NCBI GenBank assembly: GCA_963822585.1
Contig: CAWGIE010000031.1
Span: forward strand, 96,001-160,000
Direction: 5' to 3'
Origin: an uncultured bacterium
GTDB taxonomy: Bacteria; Auribacterota; Erginobacteria; Erginobacterales; Erginobacteraceae
DNA length: 64,000 bases
Of this stretch, positions 29,064 to 39,226 are shown piece by piece. The position numbers and the translations under genes were made by a program. Under the pieces are notes generated by a model. It searched no databases, was not told the DNA's origin, and saw nothing but the letters and a program-made list of their open reading frames with translations. The stretch's first letter is position 1, and every line of letters starts with the position of its first letter.

Positions 29064-30763
29064 TATTTGGCCTCTTTCACCAGCATAAAATAAACTTCGT
29101 CCATTCCCGGCACCTGAAAAAGCTCAACCTGGTCCGCCGGCATTTGAGCCACGGTTTGAATATCATCACGCGACCAGAACGGATCTTCCGACCGCCGGCC
29201 GTCAGCGGCCGGTTCAAATGTGTATATGAAGAGATGATTTCCTCCGAGAGCGCGGATGTAATCAACCTGTTCCAGTATCTTTAACGGTGCGCGAAGCGCG
29301 TCTTTCCGGGAGTACCCCCAGAAATGTAACTTGGATATGATATCCCGGTTGATTATCGGGTAATCGAAATACGGGTTCCCCCAGATCAAAACCTCGGTCC
29401 GGCGATTGTAACGTATCGACTGAACCTGGTCCCCGTATTGCCGCACATTTTCGGCGAATTCCTTTAATTGCACCCGGGAATAGACGTAATCCGGCTGCGA
29501 AACCGAGTCCAGGTAGCGATATACATTATAACCTCCGGGCAGAATCAGTATCGCCCCTAAAACTAATTTCACGTATTGAAGACGTTTATTGAGTGGGCTC
29601 CTCGCCCGCGCCAATAAGTAAACGCCCCGGATCCCTATGGCGATGAAGATTGCCACCGCTTCCAATCCATTGATAACGCGACGTTCCAACAGCCTGCTCG
29701 AAGCGAAGAGGACGATCAGGAAAAAGATTGAGAACCAGAGCAATAAATACACGTTGTTTTGCTTTAAATTCACCAGGCAGATCATGATCCCAATCAATAA
29801 AAAAGGGAAATACAGAACACTGAATATATTTACCGGCTGATTCCATTCCCGGTCTTCGTGGTTGTAAAACGGTTCAGTCCGGAGAGAAAAAAAGTAACTG
29901 GCTGTACGGATGTTGGCCTTCAATCTATCGCCAAGCTCACGAACAGCCTCCCAATTGATCGCCTCGATTGATCGAAAAGGTGTCCGCTCGGGGGATAAGA
30001 GGCTGTTGTTCCGGATGAAATCATAACCTCCATCCCGGAAAATTGCGTCAGAGGCGGCCACCAGAGCGACGATCAGGACAGCGAAAACCACCAGACTTTT
30101 CCAGTATCGCTTAAAATAAACTCCATAGAGCGACAACACCCAGACGCTCACCAGCCGGGCGGAAGCGTAGAGGGGCAGCGTCAAATACGTCAGAAGCGAT
30201 AGTAATACTGTTTTGAGGTAATTATTCGATTTCAGCGATGTAGCCAGAACATACCCGGTCACCGACACTGCCATACAGGAAAAGGGGATATACCCGTAGG
30301 AGAGCATCTCATCCAGATAGACGGGGGTGGTGACCAGGATGAATATGGCAATTATGCCCACTGAAGGGCTGAACAGCAGCGCCGCCGTCCGGTAGAGGAA
30401 GACGAGGGAGACCACTAGGGAAACGAGGGCGACCAGTCTCAGGCAGAGCAGTCGGTGCGGCAGCAGGTAATACGCCAGTTTAACCACTGCCGCGTAAGGA
30501 AGAGCGTTGAATGAGATTGAGTTGTCTCCAGGCGAATATCTCATCGCCGGGGTCAATTTTAAGTCCATCGCCAGGGCCAGCACGTTTGATCGGGGAATCG
30601 GCCAACCATATCCGGGTGAGAACTTCTTCAGTGGACGAAGTTCCACGATAGTCGCCAGCAAACAGACCAGGACCAGGAAAATTATCATCAACACCCGGTA
30701 CCGGCGCGGAGTAACTACCGGTGAAGCAAAGCTGTCCCGGCTTAATTCTGAATAGGTCCTCAT
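29063..30763 (-). CDS. GT-C (ArnT/PMT-like) membrane protein
   Basis: Polytopic; LRLVAL, LYASARL, LLERR pattern of ArnT-like proteins. Confidence 0.6.
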   Translation of the reverse strand: MRTYSELSRDSFASPVVTPRRYRVLMIIFLVLVCLLATIVELRPLKKFSPGYGWPIPRSNVLALAMDLKLTPAMRYSPGDNSISFNALPYAAVVKLAYYLLPHRLLCLRLVALVSLVVSLVFLYRTAALLFSPSVGIIAIFILVTTPVYLDEMLSYGYIPFSCMAVSVTGYVLATSLKSNNYLKTVLLSLLTYLTLPLYASARLVSVWVLSLYGVYFKRYWKSLVVFAVLIVALVAASDAIFRDGGYDFIRNNSLLSPERTPFRSIEAINWEAVRELGDRLKANIRTASYFFSLRTEPFYNHEDREWNQPVNIFSVLYFPFLLIGIMICLVNLKQNNVYLLLWFSIFFLIVLFASSRLLERRVINGLEAVAIFIAIGIRGVYLLARARSPLNKRLQYVKLVLGAILILPGGYNVYRYLDSVSQPDYVYSRVQLKEFAENVRQYGDQVQSIRYNRRTEVLIWGNPYFDYPIINRDIISKLHFWGYSRKDALRAPLKILEQVDYIRALGGNHLFIYTFEPAADGRRSEDPFWSRDDIQTVAQMPADQVELFQVPGMDEVYFMLVKEAK

Positions 30764-30823
30764 TAGATTGTTCTTTTACTGCCAGAATGGCGGCGGGTAT
30801 TTGCGGACGCCCCGGAACGAATA

Positions 30824-32734
30824 TCAATCATCGGGTGTCTGTTTGATTATCCGATACATATAAAACGCATTTGGCGGCCAGTAGATTGATTGGTGGACAG
30901 TGTCGGGGGCGTTGCCCGGTTTCTCCACCAGGGGAATTATCCGCTGGCGATCCGAGATCATCCGGTCCAGGGGATGGTAAAAGGCCAGCAGTTCTTTTCC
31001 CTCGTTGCGGGCGTCGCGGGCGATGAAGGTATCGAGGTAGAGCATATTGCCGCCGTCGCGGGGAAAATTTTCCGTCTCCACCCACTCCAGCCGATATTCC
31101 TTGCCGCCTAAAGTAAATGCGACCTGGGGACGGTCTTTGACCAGATCGAGATCAAGAACATCCGATTCATACGGGTAACCGGGCCAATGCACATTGCTGA
31201 AGCGGGGGTCGCTCATCATCGTCAACTGGACGGCCTGGATGGAGTCGCGGCCGGCCAGAATCCGCGCCGGTTGGTATTCCTCGATAGCGGCGATAAAGCG
31301 GTCGAGATCGATCCGGGTCACCCGGTCGCGGTAAAAACCGGGCAAGGAGAGGGCGAAAGGGATCACGGTCAACCCCATCAGGAGTCCGGCGACCGGCCGC
31401 CGGAGCGGCAGGGACCGCCGCCGCCAGAAAGAAAGGATGGCGGCCACGGCTTCCCCATAACCGAGCCACATCAGCGCGGCCAGGTAAACCGTCTGCCTGG
31501 TGCCGCCAAAGGTAATTAAGAGAAAGCGGTTGGCGAGCAGATGGCATACGACCACGGCGATGATCACCAGGGGAACGCCGGTACCGGGAAGTGAAAGCCA
31601 TGATCCGTGATCCGTGATCCGTGATCCGTGATCCGTGATCCGTGGGCCGTGGGCGGAAGACTGATTGCTGATTACTGATAACTGATTACGTTTTTTCCGT
31701 CTTCCCAGAACTTCACTTCCCCAACAAACTACAGCGGCAACCAACACCACCAAAAACGGCACCGAGACCCAGTTCCACTCCAGCGGGAGGTAGATCCGGG
31801 GGTTGAAGACCAGGGACCAGTGGTAGTTGAGAAAGTCGTAAAGTCTCACCAGGTAATAGCCCCACCAGGAGCCGTCCCAGACCGTCCCCGCCCCTCCCCT
31901 CCCGAGTAAAAATACCGGGTAGTAACGGTACATATATTCCCGGAAAGGTTCGTCCCGGGGGATCATCAGAAAGGTGGCGTAAAAATGGATGAAACTCAGA
32001 CCGCAATAGATAAGGCCGCAGAAAATCCAGGCCGGATATCTTTTCCAGGAGGCTTTGGAAAAGGTGATCTCCAGAAAGGCGGCGATCAGGATCCCCGCGG
32101 TGACTAGAAGCTGGGTGTACATCACCAATTGAGCGAAATAAGCAACCACCCCCAGCAGAAGAAACCCTGGCCAACGCCACTTCCCCCGGACAAACCAGAG
32201 ATAGATTCCGAGCTGGCCGGCGGTCAAGATGGGGGTGAAAGAGAAGTTGTTGGCGAACTGGCTGAAGACGATCGAGGTGATCGAGAACGAACCGAGCAGA
32301 ACGGTCGCCCAGGTCGGGGCCGACCAGGGGCCGTAAAGGCGGGCGGCGATAAAACCGGTTAGCCCCACACCCAGGGCGAAAGCGGCGGCAAACCACCAGC
32401 GCATCGCGGTAAAGTCGTGGCCGGTGAAGAGCTTGATCGCTTGACAGATGACATTGTAGGTGATGGTCATCGTGGAGGCCATATAGTATTGGGAGGTCTT
32501 GTGGATCTGCCAGATGATGGCGGAAGGACCATCCCCAAGGGAGACCGGGGGACCGGGGTGAAAAGCTCCCAGCCAGTCGTCGAACTGGTACTGGATCTCC
32601 CCCAGGCGGTACACCCGGGGGGAGAAGGCCAACCCGGCGGCGAGCAGGGCAACAACCAGGCAGCCGGAGAAACCCGTTAAAAAATTATTACGTCTATAGC
32701 CCACTGCTTTCTCCCGGGTCCAGTCCCACCTCAA
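30824..32734 (-). CDS. Polytopic membrane protein (GT-C-like) with in-frame heptamer-repeat insert
   Basis: 636 aa, QFDD loop; repeat-derived NQLSVISNQ...RITDHGSRITDHGS. Confidence 0.6.
   Translation of the reverse strand: MRWDWTREKAVGYRRNNFLTGFSGCLVVALLAAGLAFSPRVYRLGEIQYQFDDWLGAFHPGPPVSLGDGPSAIIWQIHKTSQYYMASTMTITYNVICQAIKLFTGHDFTAMRWWFAAAFALGVGLTGFIAARLYGPWSAPTWATVLLGSFSITSIVFSQFANNFSFTPILTAGQLGIYLWFVRGKWRWPGFLLLGVVAYFAQLVMYTQLLVTAGILIAAFLEITFSKASWKRYPAWIFCGLIYCGLSFIHFYATFLMIPRDEPFREYMYRYYPVFLLGRGGAGTVWDGSWWGYYLVRLYDFLNYHWSLVFNPRIYLPLEWNWVSVPFLVVLVAAVVCWGSEVLGRRKKRNQLSVISNQSSAHGPRITDHGSRITDHGSWLSLPGTGVPLVIIAVVVCHLLANRFLLITFGGTRQTVYLAALMWLGYGEAVAAILSFWRRRSLPLRRPVAGLLMGLTVIPFALSLPGFYRDRVTRIDLDRFIAAIEEYQPARILAGRDSIQAVQLTMMSDPRFSNVHWPGYPYESDVLDLDLVKDRPQVAFTLGGKEYRLEWVETENFPRDGGNMLYLDTFIARDARNEGKELLAFYHPLDRMISDRQRIIPLVEKPGNAPDTVHQSIYWPPNAFYMYRIIKQTPDD
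31601..31687. repeat. Heptamer inverted array inside CDS
   Basis: (TGATCCG)x6, two degenerate units, then ACTGATT GCTGATT ACTGATA ACTGATT. Confidence 0.85.
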
Positions 32735-32838
32735 AAATTTGGCATTCGATGCCTTGCTCGACGAGGGAGGAGGCGCAATAAGCTATCCACAAAGGGACGG
32801 AGTATTCCACCTGATGCATGACGAAGGAAAACTTCATC

Positions 32839-34965
32839 TCACCTCCCGCCCCCGGATTCTTTCAGTGGCAAGGGCCAGACTTGAAATTGAAGGGCGGCGG
32901 GTGGGACTGCAACCGGCCCGACGATTTCGGTCTCTCCTTCGGAGTTCACTTCCAACTCAATTTCCCCGGTCCGTCCGCGATCAGCCAGCGACCACGCTTG
33001 GAGCTGGAAACTCCATCCGTAGGTGTGCGGGAGATGGCTCCTCCCTGACCCGTCGCTCAGCGTGAGCAGACACGACCCGACCGGCAGGGGGGACACCCTG
33101 TACCAGACGTCATTGGAACCGGCCGCTTGGAGATCGGATCGGGAAAGCAGGGCCAGGCGCGCGGGCTCCGGCAATGTCTCCTGCCACCGGGCAGTCGTTC
33201 GCCAGGCGCCCGCGGGGAGAAGGGTGCGGTATGCTTCTCCGAACAGAGTCCGGTCCATTCTCCCGACCACTTCTTCACCGAGATCCGAACGCCAGACCGG
33301 CGGACTCATGGGGTTAACGGCCCCCCGGCGAAGGGTTCGAAGGTCATACCACCCGCGCCGGGGCATATCGGCCAGGGCAGCGGCCGGCGCTTCGTATTCG
33401 CCGGGGTTAAGTGACGCCGTCGCCACAAACTCCTCCTGGTTGCCGAGCAGATTCCGGGACTCGAAATCCTTCAGGTGCAGGACCGGGAACATCATCGAGA
33501 AAACCTGGTCGGCGTCGGTGTGCCATACCCGCAGCATAATATCCCAACGGGTGGAAATATCAAAACGGCGGGGACGGGGATAGGCGACGTAAATCGGCGA
33601 GGGGATATCGGCGGACCGGATGTAGCGCCCCAGGTCCAGGATATCCCGGACATATTCCCTCATTGCGGGAGTGAAGCCGAAATCGAACGGCATCGCCTCC
33701 ACCACCCACGCGCTGTGGCGGGCATTCGCCGCGGCGACCAGCAGGAACCCCGCCAAGGCGGCCGTCCAGAGACGGCTCCACCCTTTCCGGGCGCATTCGG
33801 CCAACACCGCGGCCAGGGGAAAGATCGACCAGAAAACCGGCAGGGTGTAGTAATAAGCCGGCATCTCCACAGACCCCGGCACGTAGGGGAACATGACCAG
33901 GCTCACCATCAGGTAGAAGAGGAAAGCGCAGGCCAGGGGGACAATGACCCGCCGGCGACATTTGAGCACGGCGGCAAAGACCAGAAACACACCCGCTGCA
34001 GCCAGGAGGAGGGTCCAGAGCGGCTCCGCGGGGTTCAGTCCCCAGTTCTCGCGGAGGTAGAACTCCATCCCCGCCAGGGTGAAGGACCGCAACCTCCCCA
34101 GCAGGAGCGGCAGACGGAGGAGATCGACGGGTGAATCGTCCCCCAGCCACATAGTCAGGGGTTCTTCTCCGATCAGTCTCCGCATCGCGGCCGGGTAGAG
34201 GAACCAGAAGAAGACCGCGTAGGCGGCGACCGTCCCGGCCAGGGTCGCGGCGAGCAGAAGAAGACGGCGGGAACCATAGGACCGGCGCTGGTGGAGAGCG
34301 ATGACCGCCATCGGAAACAGGGTGAACAGGACGAACTCGTGGCAGGTCAGGGCCACGAAGAAGGTCAACCCCAATCGGATCAGGGGACCGGATACGGCCG
34401 CGACCCGGCGCCAGCGAAGCAGCTCCCATAACATATAGGCCGAAAGAGCGGCCGAGAGCAACATATTGGGGCGGATCGGGTAGCGGCTGTCAAGCAGGAC
34501 CTGCGAGGTAAAAAGCCAGAAGCCGACCGCCGCCAGGGCGGCCGGGGCGCAGGCGAACCACTCCCTGGCCGCGAGAAACATGAGAACCGCGGTGATCAAT
34601 AGGAGCAGAACGTTGAGTGGTTCCCCCAGGAAAGGACCGGTCAGGGGATAGATCAACTGCCAGAACTTGGCCTGAAGGCCGTCGATCAGCTTGACCGTGT
34701 AGCGAGCTTCGTAGCCGCCTCCCCGGGCCAGGTTGCTCAGGGGCTTGAGCAGGTCAGAGCCGGTGAACCGGGAAAGCAGGGGCCCGTCCCGAATACCCGC
34801 TTGCAGGGAGTGATACCGCATGCGGAGCGTTTCCGGTTGTTGCCAGTCGAGGGGATGGAGCAGGAGAAAAAGGAAGAAGTGGGCCAGGGCCAGACCGGCA
34901 AAGATCGCCGATGTCCACCGAATGAAACGTGATGGCCAACAGGCTGTGTCAACTTTAGGGGTCAC
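32839..34965 (-). CDS. Polytopic membrane protein, possible GT-C
   Basis: 708 aa, many TM helices then soluble C-terminal region. Confidence 0.55.
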   Translation of the reverse strand: MTPKVDTACWPSRFIRWTSAIFAGLALAHFFLFLLLHPLDWQQPETLRMRYHSLQAGIRDGPLLSRFTGSDLLKPLSNLARGGGYEARYTVKLIDGLQAKFWQLIYPLTGPFLGEPLNVLLLLITAVLMFLAAREWFACAPAALAAVGFWLFTSQVLLDSRYPIRPNMLLSAALSAYMLWELLRWRRVAAVSGPLIRLGLTFFVALTCHEFVLFTLFPMAVIALHQRRSYGSRRLLLLAATLAGTVAAYAVFFWFLYPAAMRRLIGEEPLTMWLGDDSPVDLLRLPLLLGRLRSFTLAGMEFYLRENWGLNPAEPLWTLLLAAAGVFLVFAAVLKCRRRVIVPLACAFLFYLMVSLVMFPYVPGSVEMPAYYYTLPVFWSIFPLAAVLAECARKGWSRLWTAALAGFLLVAAANARHSAWVVEAMPFDFGFTPAMREYVRDILDLGRYIRSADIPSPIYVAYPRPRRFDISTRWDIMLRVWHTDADQVFSMMFPVLHLKDFESRNLLGNQEEFVATASLNPGEYEAPAAALADMPRRGWYDLRTLRRGAVNPMSPPVWRSDLGEEVVGRMDRTLFGEAYRTLLPAGAWRTTARWQETLPEPARLALLSRSDLQAAGSNDVWYRVSPLPVGSCLLTLSDGSGRSHLPHTYGWSFQLQAWSLADRGRTGEIELEVNSEGETEIVGPVAVPPAALQFQVWPLPLKESGGGR

Positions 34966-35698
34966 GTCGCACCAGAAGAGCCGCGGAGGTTCCGAAAGGC
35001 AGGCGGAGGTAGCGACCTATCCAGCGCTCGGCGCTCTCCAGCCAGTAGCTGATCGTGTTCGTCAGGTTGTTGCCGAGCGCCAGATCTGTGTTCTTTTGCG
35101 TAACATGCCTGCCCAGCATTCTTCGCACCAGAAAGGCGGGCACGAACATCAGAAGGTGTAGGTAAGTCCGGCGGAGCACCGTCACCGACCCATCCGCGAA
35201 AAGGTCGAGAAGGGCCCCCGTGGTATACCGCCGGCAACCGTTTTCGACCTCGTCGTGAGGGCCAAAAAGGCAGGGGAAAGCCGGCTCGACCAGTAGGATC
35301 ACCCCTCCCGGCCGGCAGAGACGGAAGGCTTCGTTAACTACCCGGCGCGGATCTTCAACGTCGCGCTGGTGAAGCAGGTCGGAACAGATCACAATATCGA
35401 ATATTCCGCCCTGGAAGGGGGCCGCTTTGGCGTCCCCGCAGATGCGGCCGTGAGGATTGGAGACGCAATAGGACAATGCCAGCGGCCGGATGTCCAGCAG
35501 CACGATCCGGATTGGGAGGGGGATCCTGGAGGAGCATACACCCGGGCCGCATCCCATATCCAGGAAACGGACACCAGCCCGGAGGTGCGGCTTTAGCAGG
35601 TCCAGGATCCAGGCGTAATGGACCCGGAACCACCAGTGCCAGTTCTGGAAAGCCACCATCTCCCGATAAAGATCGCTGTAATCCTTGCGGGCCTTCAT
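34955..35698 (-). CDS. Class I SAM-dependent methyltransferase
   Basis: HWWF, LDMGCGPG, GPHDEVENGCRRY; probable start ATG 35698. Confidence 0.8.
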   Translation of the reverse strand: MKARKDYSDLYREMVAFQNWHWWFRVHYAWILDLLKPHLRAGVRFLDMGCGPGVCSSRIPLPIRIVLLDIRPLALSYCVSNPHGRICGDAKAAPFQGGIFDIVICSDLLHQRDVEDPRRVVNEAFRLCRPGGVILLVEPAFPCLFGPHDEVENGCRRYTTGALLDLFADGSVTVLRRTYLHLLMFVPAFLVRRMLGRHVTQKNTDLALGNNLTNTISYWLESAERWIGRYLRLPFGTSAALLVRRDP

Positions 35699-36250
35699 CT
35701 TCACGTGGAACCCCGTGCCTGCCGACAGCTTTGTCCGGGATGAAAAAAATCTGGCCGGACAGCGGAAAACCCAGTTCCCGCCGGAAGCGCCGGAAATCGT
35801 ACCCAATTTTATCCGGTTCGAATTATTGTCAAAAAGAAGCTCCAAGTCAAGGTATCTTCAAACAAAATAGAGATGTCCTCTCTTGCTGAATCAACAACAT
35901 CCCATTGCCAGACCGGGACCAGGTCTCTCTTCATCATCTTGATGATCTCCCGGCTTCAGGACCCGGTCTTGAACTGCCGCCGGGGGGAGCGAGGTGTCAT
36001 CCGAGCGGGTCGACTGCTTTCCTGACGCCCTGCCGGACGGCCCCCCCCGGGGGAGGCATCGCGATTTTCTTCCGGTTCGGTCTCCGGCCACGAACAGTGA
36101 ACCGCCAACTTCCGTCGCTCTTCTTCTCCACTGTTACTTGGCTCATCCGTCCGGGACGCCCAATCTGTCACAACCCGCCTTCACACACCGCCACCCCTTC
36201 CGTTTCCAGACATTTTCCCCGTAAAAGGCGGCCGGACACGGGCCATATCC

Positions 36251-36279
36251 TTGACAAATGGCCGGGATGGACATAGTAT
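36251..36279 (+). promoter_or_regulatory. Sigma70-type promoter, probably leaderless
   Basis: TTGACA-17 nt-TAGTAT, then 7 nt to ATG 36287; no SD. Confidence 0.6.
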
Positions 36280-36286
36280 CCATACC

Positions 36287-36820
36287 ATGGTAACACCATC
36301 CGCAATCGCCTGGGGGACCGCCGGGTTCCTGGCGGCCCTCTTGCTCCACATCATTACCTGGAGGTGGAGAAAACCGCCGCGGGAGATGATGTGGCTGGTG
36401 ATAATCTTCATCCTCCTGCCGGGGTTGGCCTATGCGGGTATCTTGATCGTTAACTGGCGGGCGGCTTCGCCTGCGGTTTTTCCCGACAACCTGGGCTGGA
36501 AGTTACTCATCTCCTTTATCTGGCTGGGCGCCCTTTCCTCGGCCTATATAATGACCTACCCCCCGATCCAGGCTGGTTGCCCTTCGCTGAAGATCGTCCT
36601 CGAGGTACACCGAAACCGGCCGGGGGGGATGACCGTGGAGGAGATCAACGGACTTTTCCCCCGCGAAGCGATGTTCTCCGACCGTTTCGACGACCTGGTG
36701 GAGGACGGGCTGGTCTCCTGGGAATACGACGCCTGGGGGATCACCGGGACCGGGCGGTTGGTCGCCCGCTTTTTTCTCGCCTACCGCCGTATTCTCAAGC
36801 TCCCGATCGGAGAAGGATGA
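36287..36820 (+). CDS. Small membrane protein with winged-helix-like C-terminus
   Basis: 3 hydrophobic segments then GMTVEEI...RFDDLVEDGLV...ITGTGRL. Confidence 0.65.
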   Translation: MVTPSAIAWGTAGFLAALLLHIITWRWRKPPREMMWLVIIFILLPGLAYAGILIVNWRAASPAVFPDNLGWKLLISFIWLGALSSAYIMTYPPIQAGCPSLKIVLEVHRNRPGGMTVEEINGLFPREAMFSDRFDDLVEDGLVSWEYDAWGITGTGRLVARFFLAYRRILKLPIGEG

Positions 36821-37365
36821 TGCCGACCCCGTCGACCAACGCCCGAATCCTTTATCTTCTCCTGGTCCTCGCCTCCTGGTTCTTCCCCTTCGCGATCCAG
36901 GTGATTCTGGTCCGCTTTTTCGGACTTTACCGGGAGAAGGCCCTCCGCCAGAAGGGCCCGGCGGCGGCGACCCTGATCGGTATCCTCCCGGTGGGGGGGG
37001 TCTTCCTGGCCTGGCTACTCGTCTTCCCCGTCCGGTCGACCGGGGCGATTTTCTGGTCGGGTTTCTACCTCTTCTCCGTCTATCTCCTGGCGGCTTACGT
37101 TTATTTCCACATTTTCAATATGAGCGAGACCGCGCGGCGGATCCGGATCCTGGCCCACGGTCACCGGGCGGGAGAGGTAGCGAAAGACGAGATGATCCAG
37201 TCCTACACTTCCGAACAGATGATCAGCCTGCGGGTTGATCGGTTGGTGGCCTTGGAAGAAATCGCCCGGCGGGACGGGAGATATATCCCGGGGCGGATGA
37301 GGCTACTGCCGGCGGCGAAACTGGTCTTCTTTCTCCGTCGGATTATCTTCCCCGCCGATCAATAA
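36817..37365 (+). CDS. Small membrane protein, similar architecture to upstream gene
   Basis: ATGA overlap; 3 TM then FNMSETARRIRIL...RVDRLVALEEI. Confidence 0.65.
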   Translation: MMPTPSTNARILYLLLVLASWFFPFAIQVILVRFFGLYREKALRQKGPAAATLIGILPVGGVFLAWLLVFPVRSTGAIFWSGFYLFSVYLLAAYVYFHIFNMSETARRIRILAHGHRAGEVAKDEMIQSYTSEQMISLRVDRLVALEEIARRDGRYIPGRMRLLPAAKLVFFLRRIIFPADQ

Positions 37366-37371
37366 GAATTT

Positions 37372-38472
37372 TCAGGAATAAAAATCCTCAAGGTTGGAGA
37401 TCACATACCGGACCTGTTCCTCCGCCAGATGCTGGTGCACCGGGAGGGAGAGGATTTTTTTCGCCTGGGCCTCGGCGACGGGGAAATCCCCCTTCCGATA
37501 TCCATATTTCCGTCCAGCCGCCATCAGGTGAATCGGGATCGGGTAATGGACCTTGGTCCCGATCCCCTTTTCCGCCAGATACGCGATCAGCCGCTCCCGT
37601 TCCTCGACCTGGATAACGTAGGTATGAAAGACCTGGCGGACGCCTTCCCGGCGGGACGGGATGACCACCTTCGGCGCCAGACCCGCCAGTCCCTCGTCGT
37701 AGATCCGGGCGAGATGGTTGCGGCGGGCGGTGACTTCGGAGATCCGGGGGATCTGGAGGGCGGCCACGGCGGCCTTGATCGAATCGAGACGGGAATTGAC
37801 GGCGAAGAAGGCGGCCTCGTCGCGGTCCGTGAGCCCGTGGTTGCGCCAGAGGAGAAGCTGGCGGTATATATCCTCGGAATCGGTGGTGATCACTCCCCCG
37901 TCACCGCAGGTGTTGAGGTTCTTCAAGGGGTGGAGGCTGAAGGCCCCGAGATCGCCCAGCGAGCCGGTCTTCCGATCGCCGATCGCCGCGTCCACCGCCT
38001 GGGCGGCGTCCTCGACCACGGAGAACCCGCGCCGGCTCGCGATGGCATTGATCTCGTCCATCCGGGCCGGGTTCCCGGTCAGGTGGACGGGGACGATCGC
38101 CTTCGTCCGGAGAGTGACCGCCGCCTCGATCTTTTCCACGTCGATATTATAGTCCGCGTCCGCGTCCACCAGGCGGGGGACCGCCCCGGCCTGGACGATC
38201 GCCCCCACCGTGGCAAGAAAGGTGTTGGGAACGGTGATCACCTCATCCCCCTCCCCCACCCCCAGCGCCTTCAGGGCCAGGAAGATGGCGTCGGTCCCGT
38301 TGGCGACGGAGACGGCGTATGCCACCCCGCAGAGGTCGGCGAATCCCCGCTCAAACTTCTCCACCGCCGGTCCCAGGATAAACTGACCATTGTCCAGTAT
38401 TTCGTGGATAACCTGGCGGATCTTCCGGTTTTCTCTAAACTGCGCCGAGAGGTCGAGATAGGGAACTTTCAT
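37372..38472 (-). CDS. DegT/DnrJ/EryC1/StrS aminotransferase
   Basis: MKVPYLDL, ANGTDAI, VEDAAQA, FSLHPLKNL. Confidence 0.9.
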   Translation of the reverse strand: MKVPYLDLSAQFRENRKIRQVIHEILDNGQFILGPAVEKFERGFADLCGVAYAVSVANGTDAIFLALKALGVGEGDEVITVPNTFLATVGAIVQAGAVPRLVDADADYNIDVEKIEAAVTLRTKAIVPVHLTGNPARMDEINAIASRRGFSVVEDAAQAVDAAIGDRKTGSLGDLGAFSLHPLKNLNTCGDGGVITTDSEDIYRQLLLWRNHGLTDRDEAAFFAVNSRLDSIKAAVAALQIPRISEVTARRNHLARIYDEGLAGLAPKVVIPSRREGVRQVFHTYVIQVEERERLIAYLAEKGIGTKVHYPIPIHLMAAGRKYGYRKGDFPVAEAQAKKILSLPVHQHLAEEQVRYVISNLEDFYS

Positions 38473-39226
38473 TCTATTATTTTTTTCTCCGAAAAAATAA
38501 TACGTTAGAATCTCTTCCACGGAAGAGCAGTGATACCCGGGATAACCGGCATGATCTCTCTTATATTCGCAATTATTCTACCTTCTTTACCTCCGGATAT
38601 CTCCAACCATTTTTTCAATGAAGTCGCGCTTTTGGATGTGACCGTAGAAGTAGATTTTACTTCAAAGGGATACACTTCCCCGTTTCTTTCAACAATAAGA
38701 TCGACTTCCGGCCCACCTCGAGATCTCCAGTAATAGAGAGCCGGCATCTCTCCTCGATGTAAAAAGATCTTCAACCAGGAGGAGATAATCGCCGTTTCGA
38801 ATAATGCTCCCCAGAGAGGACCGTTTCGCAATAGTTCTTCCTGATGGAAACCGGTTAAAAATGATGCAAGTCCTGTATCGAGAAAATACAATTTGGGACT
38901 TTTTATAATCCGTTTTCGGTAATTCGCATAATAAGGCGGAAGCAAAAAAACCTGCCAGCTGGCTTCCAGTACCGACAGCCACCTCTTTGCCGTTGGAACA
39001 CTTATGCCTGTATCACCAGCCAGATTAGATAAATTTAACACCTGAGCCGTGCGTGCTGCACAGAGACGTAAAAATCTCTCGAATGAATTGAGATCGCCTA
39101 CATTAAGAATTTGGCGCACATCTCTTTCCAAATAGCTTTGAATATAGCTTCCGCACCAGAGTTGCCGATCCACATTCGGATTCGACCGAGGTTCGGGATA
39201 TGCGCCGCGCAATATCCAGTTAGCTA

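Noticed and set aside
35850..36250. Possible small gene or remnant upstream of the methyltransferase
   Set aside because: Only short, mutually inconsistent ORFs with no recognisable family
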